Position numbers and translations under genes: made by a program | Assembly: GCA_964531785.1 (NCBI GenBank) | Contig: CAZHFF010000001.1 | Location: 84,338 to 148,337, forward strand | Direction: 5' to 3' | Source: an uncultured Candidatus Saccharibacteria bacterium | GTDB taxonomy: Bacteria > Patescibacteriota > Minisyncoccia > Phycocordibacterales > UBA12088 | DNA: 64,000 nucleotides | Part shown: in pieces, positions 1 through 10,380 of the stretch | How positions within the stretch are numbered: the first letter of the stretch is position 1 | Layout of the letters: each line of letters opens with the position of its first letter | The notes under the pieces: generated by a model | The model's database searches: none | What the model was told of the DNA's origin: nothing | The model's input: only the letters and a program-made list of their open reading frames with translations

Positions 1-3000
1 GGCACAGACCCGCTCGGCCTCGCGCTCTGGGGCAGTACCACGGTAACGACGCTTAGTGACGGCTTCTTCGAGCTCGCGGCGGAAGGTGGCAGCATGATGA
101 CCGTGTCATCAACGACCATCGACCACAACCCAGCGCTCCAGGTGTTCCGTCTTGGCTTCGCCACCTCATCAGGGATCGTTTCCGGTTACAACGTTACCGC
201 GACCGGCACGCCTATATCGTACTGGTGGTTCCGTGACCACTACGGCAACTATGACGGTGAGGCATACGACAATGATCCTGTGGCCGAGCCGGGCGCGCTT
301 CGTTGGGACGACTCCGGCTTCACGATCGCTATCTCGGGAAACGCGTATGCGGGAGAAGGTGTAGGCGGAGCAGCGAGCTCATGTGGTACGCACAATGTCC
401 GTCTTGTCGTGAACGGGACCACGCCGTACACAGCGGCCTGTGATAGTGGGACGGGTGCGTTCAGTTTCCCGGCGGTGTCGTTCGCAGGGGATGCGACCTT
501 TGTCGCATACCTCGACACGAACGGAGGCGCGCGCGGAGCTGTCGTGTCTCGCACCCCGCAGAGCACTATCGAGGACCTTGCTATCTACGAGCATCGGGTG
601 ATCGTGCGCCACGAGTACACCGAACCTCTCACGCTCACACAGATGGCCGCATACGACAGTGATCAGGATAGCGACATTCCGTACGACGCCGAGGTTGGAG
701 CGCTTACCGTTGCTCCGGAGACCGGCCTCTTTGTGTGGAGCGATAAGACCTTCGCGCCGGGCGGCAACGTCACCCTTGCGTCAGGGGGCAGTGGGGCAAC
801 CTACGATGGAACGCTTCGGCTCGGGACGAACGCCGTCTTTACCTCAGCAGGGACCGAGACCCACACGATAGGCGGCTCCTGGGTCGCGGACACGGATGCG
901 ACGTTCACTGCCGCGAGCTCGTCGGTCGTCTTTACCGCAACGACTTCGGGAAAGACCATTGCACCTTCCTCGCCCTTCTATGATGTCACGTTCTCGGGGA
1001 GTGGCGGTTGGACCATTGCGTCCTCGACGGTCGTAACGAACGCACTTGCGGTGAATGCGGGGTCCGTGGTGGGTACGGCGAACGTGACCGTCGAGAACGG
1101 GGCACTGAGCGGAAATGGCTCGGTCGCCCTCACCGGCGGCACGGTAACGCTCTACTCCGGGGGAATGTTCGGTGGTAGTACTGCCTGGAGTTTCAACAAC
1201 CTCACCCTAGGGAACGGCGGCATGGGAACCACGAGCAAGAGCGGTGCCGGGTCTGTTGCGATAGCAGGCGTGCTTACCGTTTCAGCGAACCATGTGCTCG
1301 AGGCAGGCAGCGTACCCTGGACACTGAGCGGGAGCGGTGCACCGCTCGTCGTCTCGGGCAGCTTCAGTGCGCAGACCTCGACGACGACCTGGACCGGAAC
1401 TGCAGCGACCGCAGTACCTGCGCTCTCATACCACAACCTCGTCTTTGCCCCGACCTCGGGCTCGCCCACGTTCACCTTGGCTGCGGGGACGCTCAACGCT
1501 CAGTCGCTTACGGTAGGCAATGGTACGAACGCGGTCACGGTCGAGGCGAACACCAATGACCCGCTCATCAATGTGTCGGGCACCGTGCGTATCCGTCCCA
1601 GCGCAACGTACTCGGCGGCGAGCGCGAACGATCTGCGTATCGGCGGTTCGTACCTCAATGAGGGCGTGTTCACCCATAACGGGGGTGGGGTGGTCATGCA
1701 AGGCAGCACGAGCGGTCTTTCGGTCACGCCCGGGAACTCGCCATTCCGCCACCTGACGTTCAACAACGCCTCCGGTGGCTGGACGATTAGTGGAAACGCT
1801 ACGACGACCGGCAATTTCACCCTTATGGCGGCGAACAGCTTCACCCAAGCGAACGGCACGACGCTCGAGGTGCAGGGCGTCTTCACGAATGAGGTAGGCG
1901 GCGGTGTGACCGAGTGGACGGGCAGCACGCTCTACCTGAACTCCGGCACGAGCTACACGATGAACTCCAAGACGTCGGGAGGCGACAGTTATGCGGCGCT
2001 GCGGCTTGGGGCCAGTACGCACGTGCGTGCCTGGGACTCTGCGGCCATGACGTACACCATACCGAGCAGCGCATCGTTCTACAGCCAGGACCACGCGAAC
2101 GTACCCGGCGAACTCTACATTTGGGGCAATTATACCCGCGCTTCCGGTGCCGACCATTGGAGCTATGCGACGGACTTCGATGGGACGGACATCACGAGCA
2201 CTCCGCGCCAGGCCAAGGTGTTCCTTGCAGATCAGGCGACCACGACCCTTTCAGGAGGATCGCTCTCGATCGTTGGAGGGGCTGGTGCAACGACGACCAT
2301 GCAGAATCAGGGGAGCGGGACGTACGGACTCGTCGTCTCGGGGGGCACGTTCACGGCGCAGTATTTCCGGATCCGAAACATACGGTCCCAAGGCCTCACG
2401 TTCTCCGGTGCGCCGACCGTGACCCAGCTTGCGGATGGTGATCTTGAGCTCTCGATTCAAGGCGGCAGTACCATGACCGTTGCCGGATCGGTCATCACCG
2501 CGAACCCGGCAAAAACGTGGCAGGGCATTTCGTTTGCGACCTCGAGCGGTGTGAGCGGTTTCAACGTGACCGCGACCGGTAGTACCGGCAGCTCGTGGCG
2601 GTTCACGCCCACGCTTGGAAACCTCTACGGTGAGTCCTATGACAATGACCCGAGCCCGGACCCTGATGGTAATCCCGGTTACCTCGTGTGGGAGGATAGC
2701 GTCCAAGCGATCAACGTTTCGGGGCGGGTGTACTCCGACGAGGGCACGACCGTTTCCGGTGTATGTAACGGCAGTACGCCGGTCGTGAAGCTCGTGGCAA
2801 AGAGTCTCGCGGCGACCACGGAAACGACCGTGCCCTGCGCAGCGGGTACCGGGCTCTATGAAGTGTCGAGCATCAATTTCTTCGGCGGTGGCACGGTCAC
2901 GGTCTATCTCACCGGCACTGCAGTGCCCGCCGCGCAGGTGGTCCATGACACCGTGTCGAGTCTGAGCGATGTCGACCTGTACGAGCGGCGTATCATGCTC

Positions 3001-6000
3001 AGGAGCGTTGGTCCGGACGCAATTCGTATCAGCGATCTTGCGGTCCATGACAGCGGGGAGGACCCCGACGTCCCGTTCATTGCCGCCACGGGCTCGCCTT
3101 CGAGCTTGACGTTGCCGGCGAACACCAAGCTCATTGTCATGCAGGACAGCGCATTCGCGCCACACGGGAACATAACGCTACAGAGCGGTGCCGGTACCGC
3201 GTGGGACGGGACGCTCGAGCTCAAACAGAATGCGACACTTGTCGCTTCGACGACCCAGGCGCACACGTACATCGTGGGTGGTGACTGGCTCGCGGGGAGC
3301 GGGTCGACGTTTACGGCCGGGCTTTCTACGGTGACCTTTACCGCGACCACATCCGGTAAGACGATCGAACAACGGAGCTCTGCCTTTAACACGGTGATCT
3401 TTAACGGGACAAGTGGTGCCTGGACGTTTACGGGAGCGAATGCGACCACGACAGATGATCTCATCGTCACCAACGGGTCCGTGACCGTCGGTACCTCGAC
3501 GCTCGCGGTCGGCGGGTCGCTCGTGAACGATGGCACCCTCGTGGCGGCGTCAACGACGATCACCCTGAGCAGCGCAGCCGCTGAGACCGTGAAGTTCGGC
3601 GGGGCGTCCGTGGGGAGCCTGCGGTTCACCGGATCCGGCACCTTCATGATGACCGATACGAACGCGACCTCGACCGGTTCGGTGCTTATTTCTGCCGGAG
3701 CGGTACATCTTCCGAGCGGGACCTTTGCCGTTGCCCATGGGTTCGAGAAGACCGGCGGGTCGTTCTCCCACAGCGGTACACTGCGCCTCTATGGCGATCT
3801 CGCCGGTCAGACCCTGCGCTTTGGTGGCAGTACGCTCCGGAACCTGACGATAGCTGGTACCGGCTCGTGGACCATAGCAGATACCGCCGCGACCTCGACC
3901 GGGTCCGTCACGATCCAATCGGGCGGCTTGACCGCGCCTTCGGCTAACTTTGGCGTTGGCGGTTCGTTCGTGAATAGCGGCACGTTCAATGCGAACGGTG
4001 GTCACCTCTACCTGTTCGCGACCTCGACCGGCCAGACCGTCGCTGTAGGCGGCGGGATCTTGTCGAACGTTACCTTTGCGGGAAGTGGCGGCGGATGGAC
4101 CGTTTCAGAAAGCGCTACCACGACCGGCGCACTGCGTTTGCGGCAGGGTACGAACTTCACCATGGCCTCGTCGACCGTCCTTGAGGTGCAGGGGGTCTTC
4201 GAGAACCTGATAGGCGGCAGTGCGACCGACTGGACGGATAGCAGGCTCTACCTTAATTCCGGCACGAGCTACACGATAAATACCAAAGCGGCGGGCGGCG
4301 ATGCATACGCATTCCTCACCCTTGGTGCTGATACTGACGTGCGCATGTGGAACAGTAGCGGAGCGACCACCACGGTACACGCGTCAAGTTCGCTCTACTC
4401 GATGAACCACGGAGGTTCACCGGGCCTGCTCCATGTCTACGGTGAGTACGTGCGTACCTCTGGTGCAGACTACTGGAGCCATGCGACCGACTTCGATGGC
4501 GTAGCACTCGGCGGCGGTGCGCGCCCCGTGTCGGTGAGGGTCGCCTCGAGCAGCTCGATCACGCTCACTGGCGGTACCCTGAGCATAGTAGGCACAGCTT
4601 CAGCGACCACCTCGATCGAGGTCCTGGGAACCGGCGCCTACTCCTGGAGCATACAGAACGGGACATTTGAGGCGACCTACTTCAGCGTCCGCAACTTGAC
4701 CGCCGCCGGCCTCATACTTGCCGGAACGACCAACGTGAACTCGCTGTCGTATGGTGATATGGAGCTATCTGCTGAAGGCGGTACACTGATTTCAGTCGCA
4801 TCATCGGTCATCGATCAGAATCCCACCAAGCTCATGAGCGGTAACCGGTTCGCGACCGGTACCGGGGCTACTATGGGGATCAACGTGAAGCGGACCGGCA
4901 ATACCTCGAACTATTGGTACTTCCAGGGTCACTACGGGGGGCTTTCGGGCGAGGCGTATGATGATGATGGTGGCGATGCGTGCGGCGCGATACGTTGGGC
5001 GGACAGCACCTGTCTTGAGGTAAGCCAGTCTGCCTATCGGTTCCGAGCGGATAATGGTGGAGGCGGTGCTCCCGATAGCGAATGGTTCAGTACCGATTGG
5101 GACAAGCGCATACGTGTCAATGTGCAGAACCAGAACGGACAGACGATCACGAACGGCGTGGTCCGAGTCGAGGTGCCGCTTCAGGACGGCATGCGGTCGG
5201 ATTTTGCGGACCTCCGGTTCACCGATACCTCCGGTACGAACCTGCTCTCGTATGTGATCGAGTCGTATACCGCAGCGACCGCAACAGTGTGGGTAAAGGT
5301 GCCGAGCGTAGCAGCAAACAGCATCAGTCCGATCTATGCGTACTACGATTACTATGATGTCACCGTGCCGAACGGCCAGAGCGCAACGAGCACGTTCTTG
5401 TTCCTTGATACGTTCGAGTCCACGAACCTAGCATCGCGCTACACCGGCAATACGAACTACTTCGCAGCGAGTGCGTCCTTCGCACGTCAAGGTTCGTACG
5501 GTCTTGGTGCTGCCGTGGGTTATGCTGAGGAGGAAACCACGGGCGGTATGTACGGCACGTCGACCTCTATCTCGCGAGGCAGCACCCTGCGCTGGTACCA
5601 GTATGTTGACACAGGCGCGTCTGAAGCAAGTGAACCCTGTACGCTCTTCGGTGTGCAGGGTTCGGGCCAGAACTATGCCGCATGTCTTGACCAATCGCCA
5701 GGGCGGGTCGTTATAGCACGGAACGTGTCATCACGCGATGAGTCGGGTACGATCCTTGCCTCGTCCACAGCGAGCTGGATGACCGGCTGGTATACGGTCG
5801 AGGTCGACTGGCTCTCCGGGGGCAATATGATACACATGACCGTCCATGATGTGAACGGAACGCTCGTTGCAAGCGCGAGCGCGTCGGACGGTACCTACTC
5901 CTCCGGTACGGTCGGGTACTCGTTCTGGTATCAGTATGGCGGCTGGGATTTCGTATCCGCCCGCCCCTACGCAGCGATCGACCTCACGGGCACGGTCGTT

Positions 6001-7299
6001 GGGTTGCCACAGGGCCGTGGCGGCGCCCCATGGCTTGCGGCACAGAACACATCGATAAGTCAGGAGCAGGAAGCCACGTTCCGTGTTCGTTTTGCGATCG
6101 AGAACTCAGGGCTCGAGATGACCGACCAGCAGATCCGGTTGCAGTATGCTGACAAGACCGGCTACGGTACCTGTAATGCGGTGCCATCGGTCGAGTATGA
6201 CGATGTACCGAACGCTGCGGGGTGCGGCGTCAATGCGATTTGCATGACGACCACGGCTCACTATAACGATGGTGACCCGACCGAACTATTGCTCAGCACT
6301 TCCGCGAACTACCGGGGTATTGCAGGAAAGCTCATTGAGAGCCCGAGCAATCAAACCACTGCGCTTACCATAGGTAATGAACGGGTCATTGAGGTCGAGT
6401 ATGCGATCGAGCTTACCCCGAACGCAACCTCCGACTCGTACTGTTTGCGCACGAGTGACGGCGGTGTGGAGTTCGACTCGTATCCGCAGATCGCCGAGGT
6501 GACCGCGAAGTACGGTCCACAGATCACGAACTGGCGGCTCAACTATGACGCCCCGATCGCGCTCGTCGAGGGGACGACGCGCGCGGTTGTGGCGACCGGC
6601 ACCGTGGCCGACCTCAACGGCTTTGAGGATCTCGTGTATGCGACGTCGACCATATACCGGAGCGGTGTAGGGAGCGATTGCGCTTCGGACCCGAACAACT
6701 GCTACCAGCTCACCTCGCTCCAGTGCCCGTTCGAGAACTGCTCCGGCACCACCTGCCAGGTCACCTGTACGGCCGATCTGCACTACTTCGCTGAGCCGAC
6801 CGACGATGGCAGCGCCTTCGAGGGAGAATCATGGCAGGCACGGCTCTTTATCCTTGACAGTACGGGCAATGAAGCAACCTCGACATCCGAAGGGGTCGAC
6901 CTCCTCACCCTGCGGGCGATGTCGGTCATCTCCGGTTCGATCAGCTATGGTACGCTCGGTCTTGCAGAGGATACCGGGAGCAGCAATGCGGTCGCGACGG
7001 TGCAGAATACCGGTAACGTTGGGATCGACCTGACCGTCGAAGGGACCGATATGACCGCGGGCTCGAGCGTGATCCCGGCAGGGAACCAGCTGTTCGCGAC
7101 CTCGACCTTCACGTATAGCTCGTGCGTGATCTGTTCCGCGCTCTCAGGTTCCCCGAGCCCCCTCGACCTCGACCTCGGCAAACCGACCTCGACCTCGAGT
7201 GCGGTAACGGACGACATCTACTGGGGTGTCTATATCCCGAGCGGTGTTGCGGGCACCGCGCACTACGGTGTGACCGAGTTCTATCCGATATCCACGTAA
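1..7299 (+). CDS. Giant secreted or surface protein, 5'-truncated at the window edge. Three ~800-aa tandem repeats (probable beta-helix/adhesin-like) followed by a unique C-terminal region with a DUF2341-like module.
   Basis: The frame is open from nt 1 with no upstream stop, and the listed 2401-aa ORF is at 94..7299. Three long internal repeats each end in a conserved F-A-T-S-S-G-x-S-G-[YF]-N-V-T-A-T-G ... Y-G-x-x-Y-D-N-D-P motif. Residues encoded at about nt 5090..5380 (DWDKRIRVNV...DLRFTD...TVWVKVP) resemble DUF2341. The protein is Thr/Ser/Gly-rich. Confidence 0.8.
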   Translation, partial: GTDPLGLALWGSTTVTTLSDGFFELAAEGGSMMTVSSTTIDHNPALQVFRLGFATSSGIVSGYNVTATGTPISYWWFRDHYGNYDGEAYDNDPVAEPGALRWDDSGFTIAISGNAYAGEGVGGAASSCGTHNVRLVVNGTTPYTAACDSGTGAFSFPAVSFAGDATFVAYLDTNGGARGAVVSRTPQSTIEDLAIYEHRVIVRHEYTEPLTLTQMAAYDSDQDSDIPYDAEVGALTVAPETGLFVWSDKTFAPGGNVTLASGGSGATYDGTLRLGTNAVFTSAGTETHTIGGSWVADTDATFTAASSSVVFTATTSGKTIAPSSPFYDVTFSGSGGWTIASSTVVTNALAVNAGSVVGTANVTVENGALSGNGSVALTGGTVTLYSGGMFGGSTAWSFNNLTLGNGGMGTTSKSGAGSVAIAGVLTVSANHVLEAGSVPWTLSGSGAPLVVSGSFSAQTSTTTWTGTAATAVPALSYHNLVFAPTSGSPTFTLAAGTLNAQSLTVGNGTNAVTVEANTNDPLINVSGTVRIRPSATYSAASANDLRIGGSYLNEGVFTHNGGGVVMQGSTSGLSVTPGNSPFRHLTFNNASGGWTISGNATTTGNFTLMAANSFTQANGTTLEVQGVFTNEVGGGVTEWTGSTLYLNSGTSYTMNSKTSGGDSYAALRLGASTHVRAWDSAAMTYTIPSSASFYSQDHANVPGELYIWGNYTRASGADHWSYATDFDGTDITSTPRQAKVFLADQATTTLSGGSLSIVGGAGATTTMQNQGSGTYGLVVSGGTFTAQYFRIRNIRSQGLTFSGAPTVTQLADGDLELSIQGGSTMTVAGSVITANPAKTWQGISFATSSGVSGFNVTATGSTGSSWRFTPTLGNLYGESYDNDPSPDPDGNPGYLVWEDSVQAINVSGRVYSDEGTTVSGVCNGSTPVVKLVAKSLAATTETTVPCAAGTGLYEVSSINFFGGGTVTVYLTGTAVPAAQVVHDTVSSLSDVDLYERRIMLRSVGPDAIRISDLAVHDSGEDPDVPFIAATGSPSSLTLPANTKLIVMQDSAFAPHGNITLQSGAGTAWDGTLELKQNATLVASTTQAHTYIVGGDWLAGSGSTFTAGLSTVTFTATTSGKTIEQRSSAFNTVIFNGTSGAWTFTGANATTTDDLIVTNGSVTVGTSTLAVGGSLVNDGTLVAASTTITLSSAAAETVKFGGASVGSLRFTGSGTFMMTDTNATSTGSVLISAGAVHLPSGTFAVAHGFEKTGGSFSHSGTLRLYGDLAGQTLRFGGSTLRNLTIAGTGSWTIADTAATSTGSVTIQSGGLTAPSANFGVGGSFVNSGTFNANGGHLYLFATSTGQTVAVGGGILSNVTFAGSGGGWTVSESATTTGALRLRQGTNFTMASSTVLEVQGVFENLIGGSATDWTDSRLYLNSGTSYTINTKAAGGDAYAFLTLGADTDVRMWNSSGATTTVHASSSLYSMNHGGSPGLLHVYGEYVRTSGADYWSHATDFDGVALGGGARPVSVRVASSSSITLTGGTLSIVGTASATTSIEVLGTGAYSWSIQNGTFEATYFSVRNLTAAGLILAGTTNVNSLSYGDMELSAEGGTLISVASSVIDQNPTKLMSGNRFATGTGATMGINVKRTGNTSNYWYFQGHYGGLSGEAYDDDGGDACGAIRWADSTCLEVSQSAYRFRADNGGGGAPDSEWFSTDWDKRIRVNVQNQNGQTITNGVVRVEVPLQDGMRSDFADLRFTDTSGTNLLSYVIESYTAATATVWVKVPSVAANSISPIYAYYDYYDVTVPNGQSATSTFLFLDTFESTNLASRYTGNTNYFAASASFARQGSYGLGAAVGYAEEETTGGMYGTSTSISRGSTLRWYQYVDTGASEASEPCTLFGVQGSGQNYAACLDQSPGRVVIARNVSSRDESGTILASSTASWMTGWYTVEVDWLSGGNMIHMTVHDVNGTLVASASASDGTYSSGTVGYSFWYQYGGWDFVSARPYAAIDLTGTVVGLPQGRGGAPWLAAQNTSISQEQEATFRVRFAIENSGLEMTDQQIRLQYADKTGYGTCNAVPSVEYDDVPNAAGCGVNAICMTTTAHYNDGDPTELLLSTSANYRGIAGKLIESPSNQTTALTIGNERVIEVEYAIELTPNATSDSYCLRTSDGGVEFDSYPQIAEVTAKYGPQITNWRLNYDAPIALVEGTTRAVVATGTVADLNGFEDLVYATSTIYRSGVGSDCASDPNNCYQLTSLQCPFENCSGTTCQVTCTADLHYFAEPTDDGSAFEGESWQARLFILDSTGNEATSTSEGVDLLTLRAMSVISGSISYGTLGLAEDTGSSNAVATVQNTGNVGIDLTVEGTDMTAGSSVIPAGNQLFATSTFTYSSCVICSALSGSPSPLDLDLGKPTSTSSAVTDDIYWGVYIPSGVAGTAHYGVTEFYPIST

Positions 7300-7407
7300 C
7301 AAAGTGTTAAACTATAGGGACCGAACGCGACGAGACACACGCATGCAGTATATATATTGTATAAGCGTACGCCGGTCGTCCGTGCGAAGCCGGTCCTAAA
7401 GCTCCTC

Positions 7408-8091
7408 ATGCGCTACCTCACCACCATTATCCTTGCGGCACTCATCGGCGGTTCGGGTGCCTATGCGTGGCTCTACTACGGGGGATTTGAGGGTGAGCGC
7501 GCTACCGCGGTCGCGTTCATCGACGTCTATGGCGACTATCGCGAGGTGGTGACACGGGTCGAGACGCTGACCCACATCCCCGGTGTCGAGAGCAACCCGG
7601 ACCGAGAGGAGCTCGAGCGGCTCCTCACCCGGATACTGACCGAGCAGGTAACCGATGAGGACCGCGAACGCCTGGCGCGTCTTGCCTTCTCCAACCTAGA
7701 TGTCCTCAAGCGCGAGGTCGATGCCGCGCAAGCCGCTCAGGCTGCGCTCTACGCGACCCTCCAGGACCTCGACAATGCGAGTCGTGCGTTCAGTGGTATC
7801 GAGGTGCGCAACCAGGCCCAAGAGCTCGTGCACCTGGCGCGCAAGCGCGCAGAGCTCACCGCGCGTATCACCTCGATCCAGGCAGAGACCCATGAGCATG
7901 CGTATGCCATAATCACGAAGGTCCTGGCTGATGGTGGGGCGCTCAGCGATAACCATAAGCGCGAGATCAATGCGGCGACGGCGGTCGCAGAAGCACGCCA
8001 CAGCACGCTGACCACGCTCCATCAGGAGCTCGGGGAACATACCGCTCGGTTCGACGCGCTCTTCAAGGTGTTCGTTGAGACAGCTGTGTAG
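7408..8091 (+). CDS. Hypothetical membrane-anchored coiled-coil protein.
   Basis: ATG at 7408 gives MRYLTTIILAALIGGSGAYAWLYYGG, an N-terminal TM segment, followed by a long helical region. The tool's start at 7357 is a TTG inside a TATATATTGTATAAG promoter-like box, so it was moved. Confidence 0.5.
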   Translation: MRYLTTIILAALIGGSGAYAWLYYGGFEGERATAVAFIDVYGDYREVVTRVETLTHIPGVESNPDREELERLLTRILTEQVTDEDRERLARLAFSNLDVLKREVDAAQAAQAALYATLQDLDNASRAFSGIEVRNQAQELVHLARKRAELTARITSIQAETHEHAYAIITKVLADGGALSDNHKREINAATAVAEARHSTLTTLHQELGEHTARFDALFKVFVETAV

Positions 8092-8145
8092 CCTGTCCAC
8101 AGGAGCGAACCACTGTTGTGACCGATCTGGTGCATACTAGAGAGC

Positions 8146-9633
8146 ATGGGAGGATACTTCGTGCGCACGGCTCTGGTGGCTGGTCTTACAGCATGGTTCG
8201 TGGTGATCGGCACCGTCCCGTCCGCTCACGTTGTGGACGAGCCGTTCGTAGGGTTCTCATTGCCGGTCGAGCAGAGCACACGTGCACCGTTTTCGCAGGG
8301 TGACGTGCGGCTTGCTGCCCGCGCACCGGCCCCTGCTCCCACGCTAGACACCCTGCTTGCCGCGGACGGTGTTTCTGAACTTGCCCCTCTGCCTGCGGCA
8401 GAAGCTCCGGCACGAGCTGCTTGGCTCGTACCGGACCGGGAACACACCCTCGGGTGTCCGTTCGTACCTGCGCCGGGACGTATCATCATAGACCTTACCG
8501 AAGGCAGTACGGCGCGGCTTGAGGACCGTCCGCTTGTTGCTCACAGGACCGCGTCGGAAGCACAGAGTTCGCAGGCTGTAACATTTGGACCAGGGCAGTA
8601 TGTGATCCGGGTCGCGACCTTAGATCACGATGACGGTGACCGCCGCATCGAGCTTGACGAGCGATGGTACGTGGCGTTCTTTGATCAAGCAGGGACCGAG
8701 ATCGTCCGGACCAAACCGACACGCGACCTGGAGCTCTCTGAGCGTGTCGTGCTCGAGCAGCTCGAACGATCGCTCACGATATCGAGACAAGTCAGCATGG
8801 TCCGTGTGGTGCATGACGCATTCCCCGGAAAGGAGCCGAACGCACTGCTTCCGCTCTGTGTTGCGCTAGATCAGGTACGTTCGCCGGTCCTTGCGCTGGC
8901 ATCCTCGCTCGTGCCGGCCCAAGAGCCATCGGTCACGTGTCCTATCCCGAAACGGGAGAACCGAACGATCGTCGATCTTACGAAAGGCGGGACCGTGCCG
9001 CTTGCCGAACTGTTTATCCGTTCCGATGGCGCCGAGCAAGATGCCATGCTGCCCGCGGCCCCGCTCTACCTGCAGCCAGGCAGCTACGAGGTGCGGTTCG
9101 CGGCACATGCGGCCGAGGGGGTTCGCACAGATGGTGAGCGTTGGCGTGCGGTGCTCTACGACCTGAGCGGTCAGCGGCAAGAGCTCGAAGTGACCCGAGA
9201 CATACCGGACTGGGAACAGACATTTGTCACGAAAGGATCGGACGAGGTCCTCATCGCACAGCCGATCGTACGATTCGCCCCGGTACACGCACGCTACCCG
9301 GACGCGGATGCGCATGCACTTGCGGTGCTCTGTGCGAGTTTTGATCGTCTGGGCATCGAAACGCGTCCCACAGTGGCAGCAGATGACGGGGCCATGAGCG
9401 CTGTGTTGCCCGAAACACACCAGGACGCTGATAGCACCGCTCTCGCGCAGACTGACGAGTCCTCGATGAACGGGACCGATTTGTCGACTTTGGAACCTGC
9501 GCAGGATGGAGACGAACAGCCTCAGGAAAGCGGCCCCCGGACACCGCTCGCGGTCGTTGCGATGACGTTCCTTGCACTGGTCATTCTTGGACTCCTGTGG
9601 CTCGGCGGCCTAGGCAGCCCAAGATCTACATGA
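8146..9633 (+). CDS. Hypothetical exported protein with an internally duplicated ~100-aa domain and a C-terminal TM anchor.
   Basis: N-terminal hydrophobic segment, two tandem related domains (LGCPFVPAPGRIIIDLTEGS... and VTCPIPKRENRTIVDLTKGG...), C-terminal TM PLAVVAMTFLALVILGLLWLGG. TGCATACT sits 7 nt before the ATG. Confidence 0.55.
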   Translation: MGGYFVRTALVAGLTAWFVVIGTVPSAHVVDEPFVGFSLPVEQSTRAPFSQGDVRLAARAPAPAPTLDTLLAADGVSELAPLPAAEAPARAAWLVPDREHTLGCPFVPAPGRIIIDLTEGSTARLEDRPLVAHRTASEAQSSQAVTFGPGQYVIRVATLDHDDGDRRIELDERWYVAFFDQAGTEIVRTKPTRDLELSERVVLEQLERSLTISRQVSMVRVVHDAFPGKEPNALLPLCVALDQVRSPVLALASSLVPAQEPSVTCPIPKRENRTIVDLTKGGTVPLAELFIRSDGAEQDAMLPAAPLYLQPGSYEVRFAAHAAEGVRTDGERWRAVLYDLSGQRQELEVTRDIPDWEQTFVTKGSDEVLIAQPIVRFAPVHARYPDADAHALAVLCASFDRLGIETRPTVAADDGAMSAVLPETHQDADSTALAQTDESSMNGTDLSTLEPAQDGDEQPQESGPRTPLAVVAMTFLALVILGLLWLGGLGSPRST

Positions 9634-9665
9634 ACCGGAAGCACGAGAAAGCGGAACCGATTCGC

Positions 9666-10313
9666 ATGTTCAGCAAGAAGTGCCGGGCACGGCTCTTGTT
9701 GTTCGGTGTTGCTGCAGCTGTGCTCACTTGTCTGTGCTGGCTTAGCTTCATGGACGCGGTAGGCAGGGTACAGGAGGAGCTTAACCGAGCACGCGTTCTC
9801 ACGATCATCGACAGTGCGGCGCTCTTCGTGCCAAGTCTCTTGGATGAACCCGATGTCCTGCGGGACGCGATGCGGTCGCTCGTTTTAGAGTACGCTGCAG
9901 TGCAGGCGGTGAGGATCGTAGCACCCCACGGGCCCGACTGGCGTGTCTACCTGACCGACACGGGCGATGGGGAAGGGGCGATCGAACGGGCCGTGCCAGA
10001 GCACTATGCTCGCGCATACGCTGACCCGTCCCGAACGTTCAGAGCAGGCGAGGGACAGAACTCCACATCGGTACGCGCACTCGCGAACGGGGGCTCGGTG
10101 CAGTCGCTCATCGTCGTTACCCATCGTCTGTCAGCGGCGGACCGTACGGCCGCGTATACGACGCTCACGTACCTTGGAGGGCTTGCGCTTCTGTTACTCG
10201 TGCTCGTTCTGGTCCTCGGGGGTTTGTTGCTCTGTGCTCGCGCCCTGGGTCACTCTGGTCTAAGGCAGTACGTACAGCAGCAAACAGGACCCGAGGCTGG
10301 TGTGCGTGCGTAG
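9666..10313 (+). CDS. Hypothetical two-TM protein with sensor-like topology.
   Basis: Start moved to the internal Met (MFSKKCRARLLLFGVAAAVLTCLCWL) to avoid overlapping the upstream gene. TM segments at both ends flank a soluble domain. Confidence 0.45.
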   Translation: MFSKKCRARLLLFGVAAAVLTCLCWLSFMDAVGRVQEELNRARVLTIIDSAALFVPSLLDEPDVLRDAMRSLVLEYAAVQAVRIVAPHGPDWRVYLTDTGDGEGAIERAVPEHYARAYADPSRTFRAGEGQNSTSVRALANGGSVQSLIVVTHRLSAADRTAAYTTLTYLGGLALLLLVLVLVLGGLLLCARALGHSGLRQYVQQQTGPEAGVRA

Positions 10314-10347
10314 CTACGTGTGGGGATAACTGCTACACATTCCCTTC

Positions 10348-10372
10348 ATGATGTTGCTATCATAGCAACATT
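10348..10372. promoter_or_regulatory. Perfect 21-bp palindrome immediately upstream of the 10381 gene; candidate operator.
   Basis: ATGTTGCTATCATAGCAACAT ends about 10 nt before the ATG at 10381. Confidence 0.35.
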
Positions 10373-10380
10373 CGTTCGTA

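Noticed and set aside
7357-7407. TTG start proposed by the ORF table for the 7357..8091 gene
   Set aside because: The TTG lies inside a TATATATTGTATAAG -10-like box. The first in-frame ATG, at 7408, begins directly with a TM helix and is the more plausible start.
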